A DNA stretch of 64,000 nt from Basidiobolus meristosporus CBS 931.73 (lineage: Eukaryota; Fungi; Basidiobolomycota): NCBI GenBank assembly GCA_002104905.1, contig MCFE01000154.1, forward strand, positions 1-64,000, given 5' to 3'. Shown one piece after another: positions 22,712 to 36,921 of the stretch. Position numbers and translations under genes: made by a program. The notes under the pieces were generated by a model. The model saw nothing but the letters and a program-made list of their open reading frames with translations, was not told the DNA's origin and made no database searches. Positions within the stretch are counted from its first letter, which is position 1. Each line of letters opens with the position of its first letter.

Positions 22712-25584
22712 AAATCAATGGTCTTAATGAGCTCTGTTTTTATTTGAGCAGACCTAGCTGGCTAATATCTTCAATTGCCATAAATGACAGGATATGAGGG
22801 TGCTCTGATAGCCTCATTACTAGCCTGCACTGGCATAATACTAACTTTGCATTACTTAACTGATTACTCATGCATTAGGGCTGCTTAGCTTCTTGATGGC
22901 ATAGGCATAGATTGCTCCACATGCACATCTGTCCTAAGTATTCTCCAATGCTCCTGACTGTCTTCCATGTGCCAACTCATCATGTCTACAACAGACTTGA
23001 AGGTAATATTCCTGAGATTGGGATGTGGTGTATCCTCAACTTGACTTATCTTCCTACTTCCCTACACCTTTGCTCCAAAGAAAACTCCCAAAAGGTGAAT
23101 CAAGACCCAATATTATCCACAAACCAAGCAATATGGAGTAGAGAATGGATACAGTAGTTGCAGAGATCTACACATTTAGCTTTATGATTGAAGTATGGCC
23201 ACTTAAATCCTGTCACAAACTCCTTGCACAAATGCTGTAGATGTACCATGTTTGAATTGGTGATCCACTTGTTGATATGTATTCCTACAATGTCCACATA
23301 TGACTTCAAATGCTTCCAACGCACTCTTGGTAGAAATGGCTTCAGAAGGCCACCACAGTAAACACATATCCAGTTCATCCAGCCCTTGCATTTTACTGTT
23401 GCATAGCATATGAGTATTGATTGGAGCCCATAAAAGGTACTTTGTGTTGTAGATACTCTGTAATGTCTTGCCAACTCTTTCCAATTTTACTGGTATTATG
23501 AAGGGCTCATTCAGCTTGAAATGACCCATGTACATATTGGTCATTATATAGGGGTATTGTTGCATCTGTGCCAACAGATATACTCTATCTTATGTATCTC
23601 TAGCTTCTGATAAATTCCATATTCCAGCCAATGGCTTATAGCTTGCCAACTTTGCTGCAATTGCATGCTGACTTCTGGATGCTCTCTCAGTGGGAAGATG
23701 ATCTTCTTGGTGTTGGTGCTGGGATAATAATAGTGTGTGTAAGTTATGGAGTAAATCCCCTGGATATTACACAGTTGACAGCAATCCTGCCCATGGTGAC
23801 CAGGAAAGCTGGCTATCCTACTGATGGCTGGGTATCTCCAATGCAGATAATAGACTTGTTCCATAGGATAATGCCACATTGAGCCATGAGTGCCAAATAG
23901 TTTATTGCATGCTGGAGAGGCATAGCAGACCTAAACTTGGCCACATTTTTTGATCTTTTTTTTTGTATCAATGTTGTGCAGGATGTGTAAGAGCACAAAA
24001 AGACTGAAGACATGCATCTAGTACCCAATACCCATAGCACTCTGAATTCTAGCTCCTGTAGCTTGTATCATGTCACAAAAATCAATGACACTATCTTGGT
24101 CCACTGGTACTGTCTGGCACTCTAAGTGCTTTGTATAGGTCCTATTTTAGGGCTAATATTTAAATGTAGTGCCAGATATTTTTGTGACACAATACAAGCT
24201 ACAGTAGCTAGATTCAAAGTGCCATGGGTATTGAGTACCAGATGCATATTTTCAGTCCTCTGTGCTCTTGCACATACTGCACCACATTGATCCAAAAAAA
24301 GGTCAAAAAATGGGTTTTTTTCCAACACAATGGGTGAAACACAGGGGCTGCTTTGCATGAAGATGCAGAGCTATGTTTCACACTCTGTGGCCAAGTATAG
24401 GCTCACTTGGCCTCCCTGGCACACTATGGCATCAATTGGCACTGATGGCTCAGTGTGTCACTATCCAACAGAACAAGCCTAACAAATGTGCATTGATATG
24501 ATTGGCCATTTAGTAGTCTCCCAATGGAAAGTATATAAAGCTCATCCAGCAATGGATACAGGTAGCTGTCCATGTTGGAATAAGGCTTTTGGTCCAGATA
24601 CCAATAAGACTACCATCAGATATCTGCTCTAATACTGTTAGATAGGTGGCAGACCTGGGTTGATGAGAATATGTGACTAGCAGGATTTGCTGGTAGAGTA
24701 CTTGTTTAATGAGAAATCATCAAGAGCCAAGGCAAAGGCATTGGCATACATACCTTCAGAGAAGCACTTGCTTCTTAGTCTCTTCAATATATGCCATCAA
24801 ATATATCATAAGTGTTTGCTCTTGATTGATACTGATTGTGGTACTTAATAGCTTCATAATATTTGTTGGACTGCATGAGCTTCTTTAAATGGGGCATAAC
24901 TGGAATATATCTGCCCTATGAACAATGTTTTTCTCCAATGGTAGAGGATTCCTGACAAGTTGTACACCTTGCAATGGTGGCATTATCTGATGTGATTACC
25001 ATGCAGTCATTAACACTTGCTTGTATCAGGATGGATGAATCACTGAGCTTACTTGGCTCTATAATGCATCTTGCCACTTTTTTCAACAGGTGCTGTATCA
25101 TTACATATTGAGGTTTTGCCAGGCTCATGCAGAACACTGTTGTTAAGGGAGATAGGCTCACAATCCATCAGTGAGCTTTCTTTTTCAGAGGTATCACTCC
25201 ATGTGCCATATTCAGAAGGCTGTAGTGAGCTTAAAGGCATCATAAATTCACCTGACTCAGTTTGTGGACGGTGACAAGTTTGGCTGGGTACCATTGCAGA
25301 AGTATCAATTGGCCAGCAAGATATTGCTAGTACAGTAGTGACTGATGAATGGCAAAATATGATTTGTGTGGCAAAATACTGTCCATTATCCTTGTAATAC
25401 TTCCTATGCTGTCAGCATGCTTCATTACTGAGAGGCTTGCTACAGTAGCCACATGCTCACAGCATTGAATCAAAGTAGTCTTCAACATGGAGAAAGCAGT
25501 CTGACACTCAGCAATGTAAAACTATTATATTGCTTTTTTGTCAATACTCATGTGAATTCAAGAGAGTTTTGTATCTGCAACATC
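22712..25584 (-). mobile_element. Decayed Tnp2-family (CACTA/En-Spm-like) transposase fragments, family C, interrupted by a fold-back element
   Basis: Frameshifted motifs DCMVITSDNATIARCTTCQE...IFDG and HLCKEFVTGF.W.YF...CIHSLLHIAWFV..IG..FTFWEFSLE resemble fungal Transposase_21/Tnp2. The same text recurs at 30-32, 40-43 and 58-59 kb. Confidence 0.7.
23852..24480. mobile_element. Fold-back non-autonomous element (PHIS-derived MITE), copy 1, 629 bp with an internal deletion in the left arm
   Basis: AGACTTGTT...AACAAGCCT termini, long inverted arms around a ~50-bp spacer, flanks AAT/AAC. Confidence 0.85.
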
Positions 25585-25990
25585 AGACTTGTTATTTTGG
25601 ATAGTGACACATTGGTCTGTTGGTGCCAAATGATGCCTTAGAGTGCCAGGGAGGCCAAGTGGATCTATACTGCGCCACAGAGTGTGGAGTATAGGTATTC
25701 ATCAACATGCAGAGCAGCCCCTGTGCTTCATCCATTGTGCAGGAGAAAATCCGTTTTTTGACTTTTTTTGGAGATGAGTGTTATACATGATCTGTAAGAG
25801 AGTAGAAGGACTGAAGAAACACATCTGGTACTCAATACCCATGGCACTCTGAATCCAACTCCTGGGGCTTGTCATATATCACAAAAATGCATGGTACTAT
25901 CTTGGTTCACTGGTACTATCTGGCACTATGAGTGCTTTGTATAGGTTTTAATCTAGGGCTAATGTTTAAATGTAGTACCTAATAGTGCTA
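25585..25990. mobile_element. Half copy (one arm plus spacer) of the fold-back element
   Basis: Starts agacttgttattttggatagtgacacat and follows the arm through the spacer. Confidence 0.8.
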
Positions 25991-25999
25991 AGGTTATAA

Positions 26000-27600
26000 T
26001 TCCATTGTTAGCCCACTTTGGATTAATTCATCAAGCAAGTGTCAACATGGATGCAGAATTGGGTACTGCCTCCACCATGTTGTCTTACCAAGTGGGGTTT
26101 CTAGCATAACAATGGATTCTGCAATAGTGCAGAAACTGCCCATTGGAATGGCTTGCTTTCTTTCTATAGCCAGCTGAATATCTAATTTGACTTATTGGGA
26201 ATATGCTTAAAAGTTGAGGCTGACTCATCTTCTGTTTAGGGTGAGATGATTGCTGGAATCTGATCCAATATCAATGGCTGATATTTAGTGATCCCAGGAA
26301 AGGAAACTGGTAATCCACTGCAGTGGGGTCACAGTGATACCCACTGACAGATGTGCTCATTCCCACATTTTCTACTTCCCTATATCTCTACTATACTTAT
26401 TTTAGTTTTAGCCCATTTGTCTTACCTGATCAGTACTATCCCATGAGCCAGTTGACTATCACACCTGCTTACCTTATTGCATAAGTTATCCCTCACTTTA
26501 TGTATGACTACTAGCTATAAGTGCTTCTATATTAGACAAGTACCCGTGCCAATACCTTTGACACATGATCAACCTTTGTCACCATCCCTACCATATTCAT
26601 ACCATATATGGAATCCCTATGTTACACAGGTTTCATAATACTGATTTGTGATTGGTTGGATGTTGTGTACCTCTTAGAACCTTCCAGCACCTACTTAGAA
26701 TACTTGTAGCCCATTGTGATGTTATTAAGATTTCTATTGATCTCCGGTACCTTCTGGAACACCATTATTAGAAATCACTGAGCCAGTGAGAAAAGTATAT
26801 AAGGGAGGCTATCCCTCAAAAGTAAATCATTGCCTACAGCTGCATTCTTATTAAGTCCTTGCTGGTGGAGTTTACAGTTATTTTGACTTTGGAAGCTTTA
26901 GTACATTGTCATCTCAAAGGACACCAAACTCAGCACATACTTTTGTTAAGATACTAACTAAGTTGGGGATTGTAGTTCAGTAGTTTTCCCTTGACAAGCT
27001 TGTGGCTTTATTCCCCATCACATTAGATTACAGACAGAACCCAAGTATTCCTAGCAAGCTTTTGCCAGAGGTTATTGCACCCAGTGAATACCCCACACAC
27101 AAGAAACTTGACAAGTGTTGGATGTATCTCTCCCTTGGACCTATACACCACCACACCACCTATGTGAAAGCCAAGTTTGGTGAAAGGGTCTAAACCAGTG
27201 ACTACCTGACATCCATCTGGAATGTCAATAACTTCTACTTGATGGATTATAGTTATTGAACCACAGTGAGTGCTGATTTGGTTGGTAATACCAATTCTTG
27301 GGGCTGAGAGGTCCTTGGCTGCAAGTATGATTTTACATGGTTGCTTTTCAATTTACAATTGGAGTTCTTTGACTACATTGGGTGATATAGTAGAGCTGGA
27401 TGAAAAGTGTAATAGAATTCTTGAATGGTTTAACTGGACCCAAGTGATAACTATAGGCAGAATCTCAGAATTGTTAGAGAGTGGCAGAAATATTAGCAGC
27501 AACATTCTGGCCAAATGTTGGTCTTGTATATAGCGGGGTTTGGCTATAAAGGCAACAGGGCTGGTTTGCTATGCAGGCTAGGCTTGGTGTTCCTGGGAGC
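26000..27600 (-). mobile_element. Decayed gypsy-like gag/protease fragment split by a solo LTR
   Basis: The minus-strand frame HQVEVIDIPDGCQVVTGLDPFTKLGFHIG|GLPVSFPG is rejoined by removing the LTR at 26319-27155 and resembles the end of a retropepsin domain. Confidence 0.45.
26319..27155 (-). mobile_element. Solo LTR, family B (837 bp, internally deleted)
   Basis: Reverse-complement match to 17510-18584, TG...CA ends, perfect 4-bp TSD CCAC. Confidence 0.85.
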
Positions 27601-28089
27601 ACTAGATATGCTAGGCTTAGGAAGAAACTAGAATGTAATTGTTGAGTTCTTAACATTGCATTGTCATAATCTTGATTTTGTTGAGACACACACTACACCA
27701 AACAGCTCAGTAAACTATATTTACACTTTTCTGACTAAGTTGAATTAGTAAATTCCAGGTGACTGGACTAATTAAAATATGTTAGGGTGTTGATAGATGC
27801 ATAAGATCCATGGGAGATAGCATCATTAAGCAGCTGAGGTCTTGGCAACTGCTAAGTAGTTAGATAGATCTCATACAACTAATCACTTGGAAAGCCTTAG
27901 CAGATCAGTTGAGAACATAATGACCACATGAAAGCTGATCAGGTGTGACAGCTAAAAATAGATTCTGAGAAGTGATAAAACAATCATAACTAGGTTTAGT
28001 AATGCATGGGTGAGGGAAAATCAGCTAGGATACTAGATTTCCTAACCGAGTAAAATAGGCTAAGTTTTCAATGTTGGTGAACAACAGAT

Positions 28090-29450
28090 GGCCTTTTGAC
28101 AAGATCATCACATTATTTCTCTTAGGTTCAAGGTCAAGTAGAATGTGCAAGACCTGTTCCATGAGCATTACCCTGGACTTAAGCAAGCAAACAGAGATTG
28201 GGCCAGCATTGATATACTAACAGAATATCTCAGGAATAGCAGAAACTATCAAGGGAAGAAGTGCAAGGGTGCTACAGCTAAAAACCAGCAGCTTTCCCAA
28301 GAGCTGGTTGCAAGCAAGGCTGAAAGCTCTAAACACACAGTAAAGAGATGCCATGTAGCCAGAAGAGTGCTAGTAAGCAACAGGCAGGCTAAGACAGATG
28401 CATCAGTACAGCATCTATCATCAGAAAATGTAGTTCAATATAAGAGGCACTCAGCCACTGTTGCAGTGAAGGACTGGACAGCAATATAACTTGCAACTTT
28501 CTCAGCAGCTTATTGCAAGAAGGGCTGAAAGTTCCAAACAAGTAGAAAAAAATGTCAGGTTGCTGGCAGATTGCCAGTATAGGATACACAGGAAAAAACA
28601 GATGCACCAGTGCAGCAATCATCCAGGAGAAAACAAAGTACAATACAAGAAGCATTTAATTGAAGTAGCAGTGAAGGATTTGACAGTGGTAAGAACCTGC
28701 TGCATTCTCAGGAGGACATCAAAATCAGGGTTGATAGTTACTAGTAAGTGGCAAAGAACTGACAGGTTGCTGGGAGAGTACTTGCAAGGGACAAGCGGGC
28801 CAAAATGAATGTACCAGTCCGGCATGCATTGAGGAGAGAACCAAGTACAATATACAGAGCATTCAGTCAAGGTAGCAGTGAAAGACTGATTAGTGATCAG
28901 GGCATAGATTAAGATAAAAAGGGTTGTCCTAGCTGGAGACAGGGAAGCATGAGAAAAGCTGCAGCTCTCAGTAATGAGCTCCATCAGCTCAGAACAGGCT
29001 GAGTTCCATTATAGCCAGGAAGAACTGTCAATAAGACAAAAGCTGCTTTATTGAGAGTCAGAAGCACAGCCAGTTGAGCTCCACTCCAGGGAGGTAGATG
29101 AGTTATTGGGGAAAAGCAATTTGTCTACAACTGCCTTGGTGTCCTCCATTGCAGACCAATTGGAGATCCCACTGACAGACAAAGCAACAAAATCAAGAAC
29201 TCAAAATATTGTCACAATGGCTACAGAAAAATTCTGGAATATTATTAAGCACACCAAGAGGTTGCAGCATGTCTTCAAGAGCAGTGCCTAAGAGAACTCA
29301 ATTGAATATTGCAACAAATTACTTTAAAGACTGGCAGACAAGGTGCTAGACCTTGCAGTACATGCCAAACACTGGGGCATTTAGGAGCTAGCAAATGAGC
29401 TGTGGTATAATGCAGTAGGGGTCCTGCCAAACCCTATGGAAAATATTTAT
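28090..29450 (+). pseudogene. Decayed second ORF of the family-C (Tnp2-associated) repeat, with ~200-bp tandem units
   Basis: QDLFHEHYPGLKQANRDWASIDILTEYLRNSR... recurs at 32.6-33.4 (+), 35.8-36.4 (-), 56.0-56.2 (+) and 59.9-61.4 kb (-). No domain recognised. Confidence 0.55.
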
Positions 29451-29739
29451 GATGATCCCATCCAGGGCTGTCCCAAAGATTAAGTCCTGTGACTAGGAGG
29501 TATTGATGCTCTTAGGACACCGTAAAAATGCTACATAGAAAAAATTGTGCCCTATATTTGACAAAAAAAAACCTAGTTGCAATTTTTCATCACAATGTTG
29601 CATAAGTGGCTTTTGATTGGTTCTCTGCTAATTCTCTCTCTTTGTGATCCCAGTCACTCAATCACCTCCTGCATTTGTATGCATTGTTTGGCTATTGCCT
29701 CTATTCACACTCCATATTTCCTGACTCAACCAATTCTCT

Positions 29740-32700
29740 TACTTTTCATGCATACAAATTGGGTTATTTTCATTGAAACTTCAATTGTACCTCTGTAGCC
29801 AGTGATATTGACCTATACAAGTACCTATACCCAGCCTTCACATTAAACCTAACCCCATACTCTGCAAGTAACTCCATTAAAATACACCATTCAATAAGTA
29901 TTTCTGCTATAACACCCTTTTTCCACAACTTAGGTGGGAATGCTGCATCCTTGTGCCATTGCTCATTTGCTATTTCCTATATGTTGTGGTCTTCAGCTAG
30001 CTCTGCAAGGTCTTGCACCTTATCTGCCAGCTACTGAAATAAATCCTTACAATATTTAAGTGCATTCTCTAAAATATTGCATTTGATGAAATGCTGTAAC
30101 CTTTGCCTGTGGGTTTTATTGCCCTAAAACTCCACTGTAGGCATTGCAATAGACTTTTGAGTTCCTGGTGTTGTTACTTGGTCTGTCAAATGACATATTT
30201 CTATCACCTCAACTTTATGGCTTTTTGGCATGATACTTACAAAGTTGATATATATCTTGTATTGCTAATAGCATATACATCTTGCAAAAATATGCTTGGT
30301 TGCTGCCACTTCTGCCATGAGTTCCTTGTGCAAATCTGAAAAGAACTTCTTGATATTTAGGCAATACACTCCTTCTACCAGCTAGATACTAGTCCCCTTT
30401 ATAAGTACAGTATGGCTCTTGTATGTATGAGTTCTTTATTGAATGGTGTAGAAACTGGTTTGTGACCAGGAGAAACTTGTTGTAGATTGGTGGAGTTTTC
30501 CTAATAATAATTAGGTACTGGTTCAACCCAGTCAAACTTTGCATTACTTGACTGATTACTCATGCATTAGGGCTGCTTAGCTTCTTGCTAGCATAGGCAT
30601 GGGTTTCTCCACATGCACATTTGTCCTAAGTATTCTCCAATGCTCCTCGCTGTCTTCCATGTGCCAACTCATCACATCTATGACAGACTTGAAGGTAATA
30701 TTCTTGAGATTGGGATATGGTGTATCTGCAACTTGACTTATCTTCCTACTTACCTACACATTTGCTTGATAGGAAACTCCCAAAAGGTGAATCAAGGCAT
30801 TATATTACTTATATACCAAGCAATATGGAGTAGAGAATGGATACAGTAGTTGTAGAGATCTACACATTCAGCTTTATGTGGGAAGTATAGCCATTCAAAT
30901 CCTGTCACAAGCTCCTTGCACAAAAGCTGTAGATGTGTCAAGTTAGCATTAATGATCCACCTGTGGATACATATTCCTACAGTGTCCGCATATGATTTCA
31001 AATGCTTCCAATGCACTCTTAGTAGAAGTGGCTTCAGAAGGGTACCAGAGTAAATACATATCCAGTTCATCCAGCCCTTGCAGTTGTATTGCTGCATTTA
31101 CATATGAATATTGATTGGAACCCATGAGAAGTACTTTGTGTAGTAGCTACTCTGTAGCATCTGGATCTCTCACATATAACAGCAATACAGTTCATTGTGC
31201 CTAGAAAAGCCAGCTATCTTGCTGATTGCTGAAGTATCTTCAGAGCAGATAGTAATTTTTACAAAAAATAATTTGGTCCTGCAGGTGGATCCAATCCATA
31301 CCAGCCATCAGTATCTTGTCAGGAGACCACTAAATTCCAGCAGCTTGGAACTCATGACCCTTCACATAATCTTATGATGGGATCACAGTAGCGTCTGGCT
31401 AATTTTACTGTCAGATAAAGTTAAGAAACATCACAATGTTTAGGTAGCATTTTACCAGGGGTGACATGGCATTATTGCAGTCTTAGCATGCTCTACAACT
31501 ATTTGAATGGATCCAACCAGCTAGTATATCCAATTGCCCATATGGCAAAAAACCTAAAAGTATTTTGACAGGTCTCTGAGTCTTTTGTTGCAAGCTGCAT
31601 GACAGTTGTCCAATTGGACCATGTACATGGTAATTTACATCCTAGGATGATTTTGGCAATTAGTAGTTGTATATCCTCAAAGCCCTCATTACTGATATTA
31701 ATGAAAATGCACAACTTCTCTAGCCACAACACCACATCATTCACTAGTAGATGGATCACTGGGCTTGCTTGACTCCATAAAGTATCCCTGGCATTTTTTT
31801 CCACAAGTTTTGTCTCATTGCATATTGGAATTTTGCCAGGCTCATGCAGGGTAGTGTTGTTAGGGGAGATGGGCTCACAATACATCAGTGAGTCTACTTA
31901 TTCAGAGCTATCACTCTGCTCATCATATGCAAAAGGCTGGGGTGAGCCTAAAGGCATCATAAACCTTCCCGACTTAGTTTGCACAAGGTGACAAGTACAA
32001 CCAGGTGAGTTGTAGTAGTACCAAGTGGCCAGCAAGTTATTGTTGGTACAGCAGTGACCAATGAATGGTCAAATATGACTTGTGTAACAAAATACTGGCC
32101 ATGATCCTTGTAATACTTCCTGTGCTGTGTGCATGCTCCATGGCTGAGAGGCTTGCTACAATAGCCACATGGTTTATTCTCTTCTCTTATGGTGTTAGAT
32201 CAAAGTAGTCTTGTCCATGGGGAAAGCACTGTGGCACTCAACAAGGTATCACTATTACATTTTTATTTGTCAATACTCAAGTGAGTGTTAGACACTCTTT
32301 CCATGTGACCTTGCACCTATATGAATGTAAGACTCAACAATGCCCCACCCTTGTAAGCATTGTAAATAAAGTTGTGTTTTTATCTTTCTTACAAAGAAGG
32401 AACTCATGTAGCTCAATGTCACAGGCAAGAATTGCTAAATTTCCAATGTAACAACAGTGGAAGACCATGCAGTCTTTGAAGCACCACAACAGTGCCCAAA
32501 GATATAGCACACAGAAACACCTATCACAACATGGGAGGGAAAAGTTGCAGTGTCCATACCAAAGCCCAAAAAGCAAAAGACATTGAAGATCCATGAAGCA
32601 ATTGAGTGCAATGATGAAGAGTGCTCTAATATTCAAGAGGGTATTAGAAGTCTAGCACACCAACACCTTGAGGCCAGCATACCATACAGCTATCAGGAAC

Positions 32701-34854
32701 TCAAGGCCAAGCATGACTGGCTTGAGTTGTTCCATCAGCACTATTCTGGATTCAAACAAGAAAATATATCTCTGGCCAGCATTGGTATGCCAAGAAAGTA
32801 CATCAAGAATAGTAGAAGATATCAAAGGCAGAAGAACAAGGGTGCATTGGCTAAAACTGGTGGCTGCCTCAAGAGACCATCACAAGAAGGGCCCAAAGCA
32901 TCAATCAAGTGTCAAAGAGATAGCAGGTAACTGGAAGAGTGCCCAAAAGGGACAAGCAGGCAGACACAGATGCGCTAGTGCAACATTTATTAAGGAAAAG
33001 TGTAGTTCCACTGAAGAAGCACTCTTTCAGAATAGAAGTGAAGGACCTGGCTTTGATAAAAACTGGCAGCTATCTCACAAGCCTGTCAAAACCTGGGCTA
33101 AGAGCTCCAAACAAGCAGGAAAGAAGCATCAACTTGCCTGCAGAGTGCCAGTCTAGGACAAGCAGGACAAAACAGATGCATCAGGGCAGCATTTATCAAG
33201 GACAAAGCATTATTCAATACAAGAAGCACTCAGATAGTCTAGCAATAAATGAACTAGTAATGATGAAGGAAAAAAGTATACCCAAGCCATAGACTAGGAA
33301 GCATAAGGAAAGAGCTGTAGTTCTTGCTAATAAAGGCAGTAAGCCTGGAACAGGCTGAATCTCATCATAGCCAAGAAAATTCACCAACAAGAAAACAGGT
33401 GTTTCACAAGAGTTGGAATTGTTGTAGTGCAGTCACAGTGACCCCCACAGAAAGATGTAGACATTCCAGTATTTTCTACTTTCCTATTTTGCTATTACCC
33501 TTATTTTAGCTTTATCCCATTAGTCCTATCTGTTCAGTACTATTCCATAAGCTGGCTAACGCATTATCTGCTTATTTATTGCATATGTTATCCCCCACTT
33601 AATTTTAGATTAGTAGATGCAATCTGATTTGTTGAAAGAGCTGTGACTCTTGGAACCTTCTGGTATCTACTTAGAGCATACTTAGCCCATTCTGATGTCA
33701 ATGAGATCTCTATTAATCTCTGGAATCTTCTAGAACACCATTGTTAGTAATCACTTAGCCAGTAAGAAAAGTATGTAAGGGAGGCAATCCCCCAACAATA
33801 AATCATTATCCCTTTTATTGGTACACCAACTTATTAATTAGTGTGATCACTGCTACATGCTGCTACCTGAACTTCCAAACCCCAGACCACAGGACACTTC
33901 CAGGAAGCAGTGCTGACAGCCAACTGACCTTGGAGGCAGTACTCATAAGGAATACTCACAGTAGATATTTTTTATTGTATTTTATTTGTTCCCAAGTTTG
34001 TTCTTATACTGACAAAGATACATATCTGTCTTTGTAACTATTGACTACAGCTGCATTCTTATCAAGTCCTTGCTGGTGGAGTTTACAGTTATTTTGACTT
34101 TGGAAGCTTTAGTACATTGTCATCTTAAAGGACACTGAACTCAGCACATACTTTTGTTAAAATGCTAACTAAGTTGGGGATTGTGGCTCAATAGTTTTCC
34201 CTTGACAAGCTTGTGGCTTTATTCCTCATCACATTAGATTAGAGACAAAACCCCAGTATCTCTAGCAAGCTTTTGCCAGAGGTTATTGCCCCAGTGAACA
34301 CCTCACACACAAAACACTTGAGGACATTTCTCTCCCTTGGACTTATACACCATTACAGTTCAGCCAGTTGATCTACGCTCCAGTGAGATAGATGACTTTG
34401 CAGTGAAAGGCAATTTGTCTACCACGGCTCCCACACACTCCATTGTTGACAGAGTAGATATTCCACCAAGAGACAAAGCAGAAACATCAAGAACTTGAAA
34501 GGTTATCACAATGCCCTCAGTGAAATTTTGGAACATTGATAGGTACACCCAGAGGTAGCAGCACTTCTTCAGAAGCAATGCTCCAGAAAATGTATTCCAA
34601 TATTACAAGGATATATTGCAAAAAATGGCAGATGGGGTGCTAGACCTTGCAGTGCCAGCTGAAGACCATGACATATGGGAGCCAGTAAATGCAAAATGAC
34701 ATAAAGCTCTAGGGTTCTTGCCAAAGCCATGGAAACAGATTTACAGCAGGAATAATTTATTATTGAGTGGTGTATTTTAGTGAGGTAACTTGTTAAGTGT
34801 GGGGTTGGGCTTAGTGTTAGTGTGAGTATAGGGACTTTTATAGGTGTATACAAC
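29740..34854. mobile_element. Family-C composite: Tnp2 remnants on the minus strand (~30.2-32.3 kb), divergent ORF2 on the plus strand (~32.5-34.85 kb), with a solo LTR inserted
   Basis: Near-copy of 22.8-23.5 kb at 30.5-31.2 kb, plus ORF2 similarity to 28.1-29.4 kb. Confidence 0.65.
33423..34357 (-). mobile_element. Solo LTR, family B (~935 bp)
   Basis: Reverse-complement match to 17510-18584 with TG...CA ends. No clean TSD was resolved. Confidence 0.8.
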
Positions 34855-35583
34855 AGACTTGATACATTGGATAGCGCCATATTGAGCCATGGGTGACAGA
34901 TAGTATTGTTGCATGCCAGAGTGGCAAAACAGGCCTAAACCTGGCCACAGTGTGTGAAACATAGCTCTGCATCTTCATGCAAAGTAGCCCCTGTGTTTCA
35001 CCCATTGTGTAGTGGAAAACCCATTTTTTGACCATTTTTTGGATCAATATTGTGAAGTAAGTGCAAGAGCACAGAGGACTGAAAGTATTCATCCAGTACT
35101 CAATACCCATGGCACTCTGAATCTAGCTCATGTAGCTTGTATCATGTCTCTAAAATATATGGCACTATCTTGGTCTACTGGTACTATCTGGCACTATCTT
35201 TAAATATTAGCCCTAAAGTAAAACCTATACAATGCACTTAGAGTGCCAGATAGTACCAGTGGACCAAGATAGTGCAATATATTTTTGTGCCATGATACAA
35301 GCTACAGGTGCTAGATTCAGAGTGCCATGTGTATTGAGTACCAGGTGCATGTCTTCAATTCTTTTACTCTCTTACACATCATGTACAACATTGATCCAAA
35401 AAAAATGTCAATAAATTGATTTTCTCCAGTACAATGGTGAGACACAGGGGCTGCTTTGTATGAAGATGCAGAGCTATGTTCTACACTCTGTGGCCAAGCA
35501 TAGGTTCACTTGGCCTCCCTGGCACACTATTGCATCATTTGGCACTCATGGCTCAATGTGGCACTATCCAATGGAACAAGTCT
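34855..35583. mobile_element. Fold-back element copy 2 (729 bp)
   Basis: AGACTTG...CAAGTCT termini, perfect 3-bp TSD AAC, ~340-bp inverted arms. Confidence 0.9.
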
Positions 35584-36921
35584 AACAGGCAATTGAGGTA
35601 GAACTGAAGTTCAATAGTAATGAATTATTTTGTCTGTTTCAAAAGTAAGAAATAATTGCAACAAGCATCAAGATGTGTTAAAAAGAGGCAATAGCCAATC
35701 TATGCACACAAAAATAGGAGGTGATAGAGTGCCCCAGGATCAGAAAGTGGGAAAATTTGCAGAGAACCAGTCAAAAGCCACTTTTGTATTCTTGTGCTGA
35801 AATGTTTTAACCAAGTTTTGGTGAGATTTGTAGTGCTATTACTTCCTAAGTCACTCTGCATGGTGCCCTGATGTGGTCAATACCTCTTAGCCACAGGACA
35901 TGGTATTTGTGATGGCCTTTTGACAGAATTGTCACCATTATTTCTCTTAGGGCTTAATATTCTGCCTTTGATAGTTGCTGCTATTCTTGCAATACCTTTA
36001 TAGCATTCCAATGCTGGCCAAAAAGCTGTTTGGTTGCTTGAATCCAGGATACTGTTCAAGGAAGAGGTCAAGTGCTTTTGGCTGGCCTTCTGTTTCTGAT
36101 GGTCCTATATTATGCTGGCCTTAAGGTGATGCTGTGATAGACTTCTTGCAGCTACTTGAATATTAGCCAACTCCTCATCATTATACTGGATGGCTTCATG
36201 GATCTTCAATGTATCTTAGCTTTTAGACATTGATATAAGCACCACAGTCTCTGCCTCTGCTCTGCAGAGACTCTTAATTGCTTACTTCACAGAGAGCCTG
36301 AGTAGTCTGCTTTATTACCTTCAGTGGGCAAACTCTCAACCAGGCCTTTGTTGATTGAAGCCCTGCTTGTTGCATCTAATGTCAAAGTAAGCTGTCACCA
36401 AACTGTTCTTCTGCTGCTGATTGCAGTGTGGCTGGATTAGGGACCAGATGTCTTGGCTTTACATTTTGACAGCATAAATATGGTAGTGAGTCAAACCAAA
36501 GGGGACACAGTGTAAAATATATGTGTAAATGTGGTGCCACAGCTTTATTCCAAATGCTTATGGTGTGGTCTCCTTTGACAAATGCCATGACAAAAGCAAA
36601 AAATGACCATGTGGCTTTTGTAACAAGCTTCTGAGCTAAGAAGTAAACAGACAGCATAGGAGAAGTTACAAGGATCACAGCCAGTGTTTTACCACACAAG
36701 TTATTTACTAATTCAACATTTGCTACTTTATCAACAATAGACTTGTTCTGTTGGATAGTGCCACATAGTGCCAGCCTGTTTATAGTGCCAGATTGATCTG
36801 GAACTCTACAGCACTATCTGGCACTATAATTTCTACCATGATGCCAGTGGTATGATACAGTTACTGGTTATTTTACTCAATCTTACTTATGTTGCTCAGA
36901 ATAGTGCTTTCCTTGCTTTAT

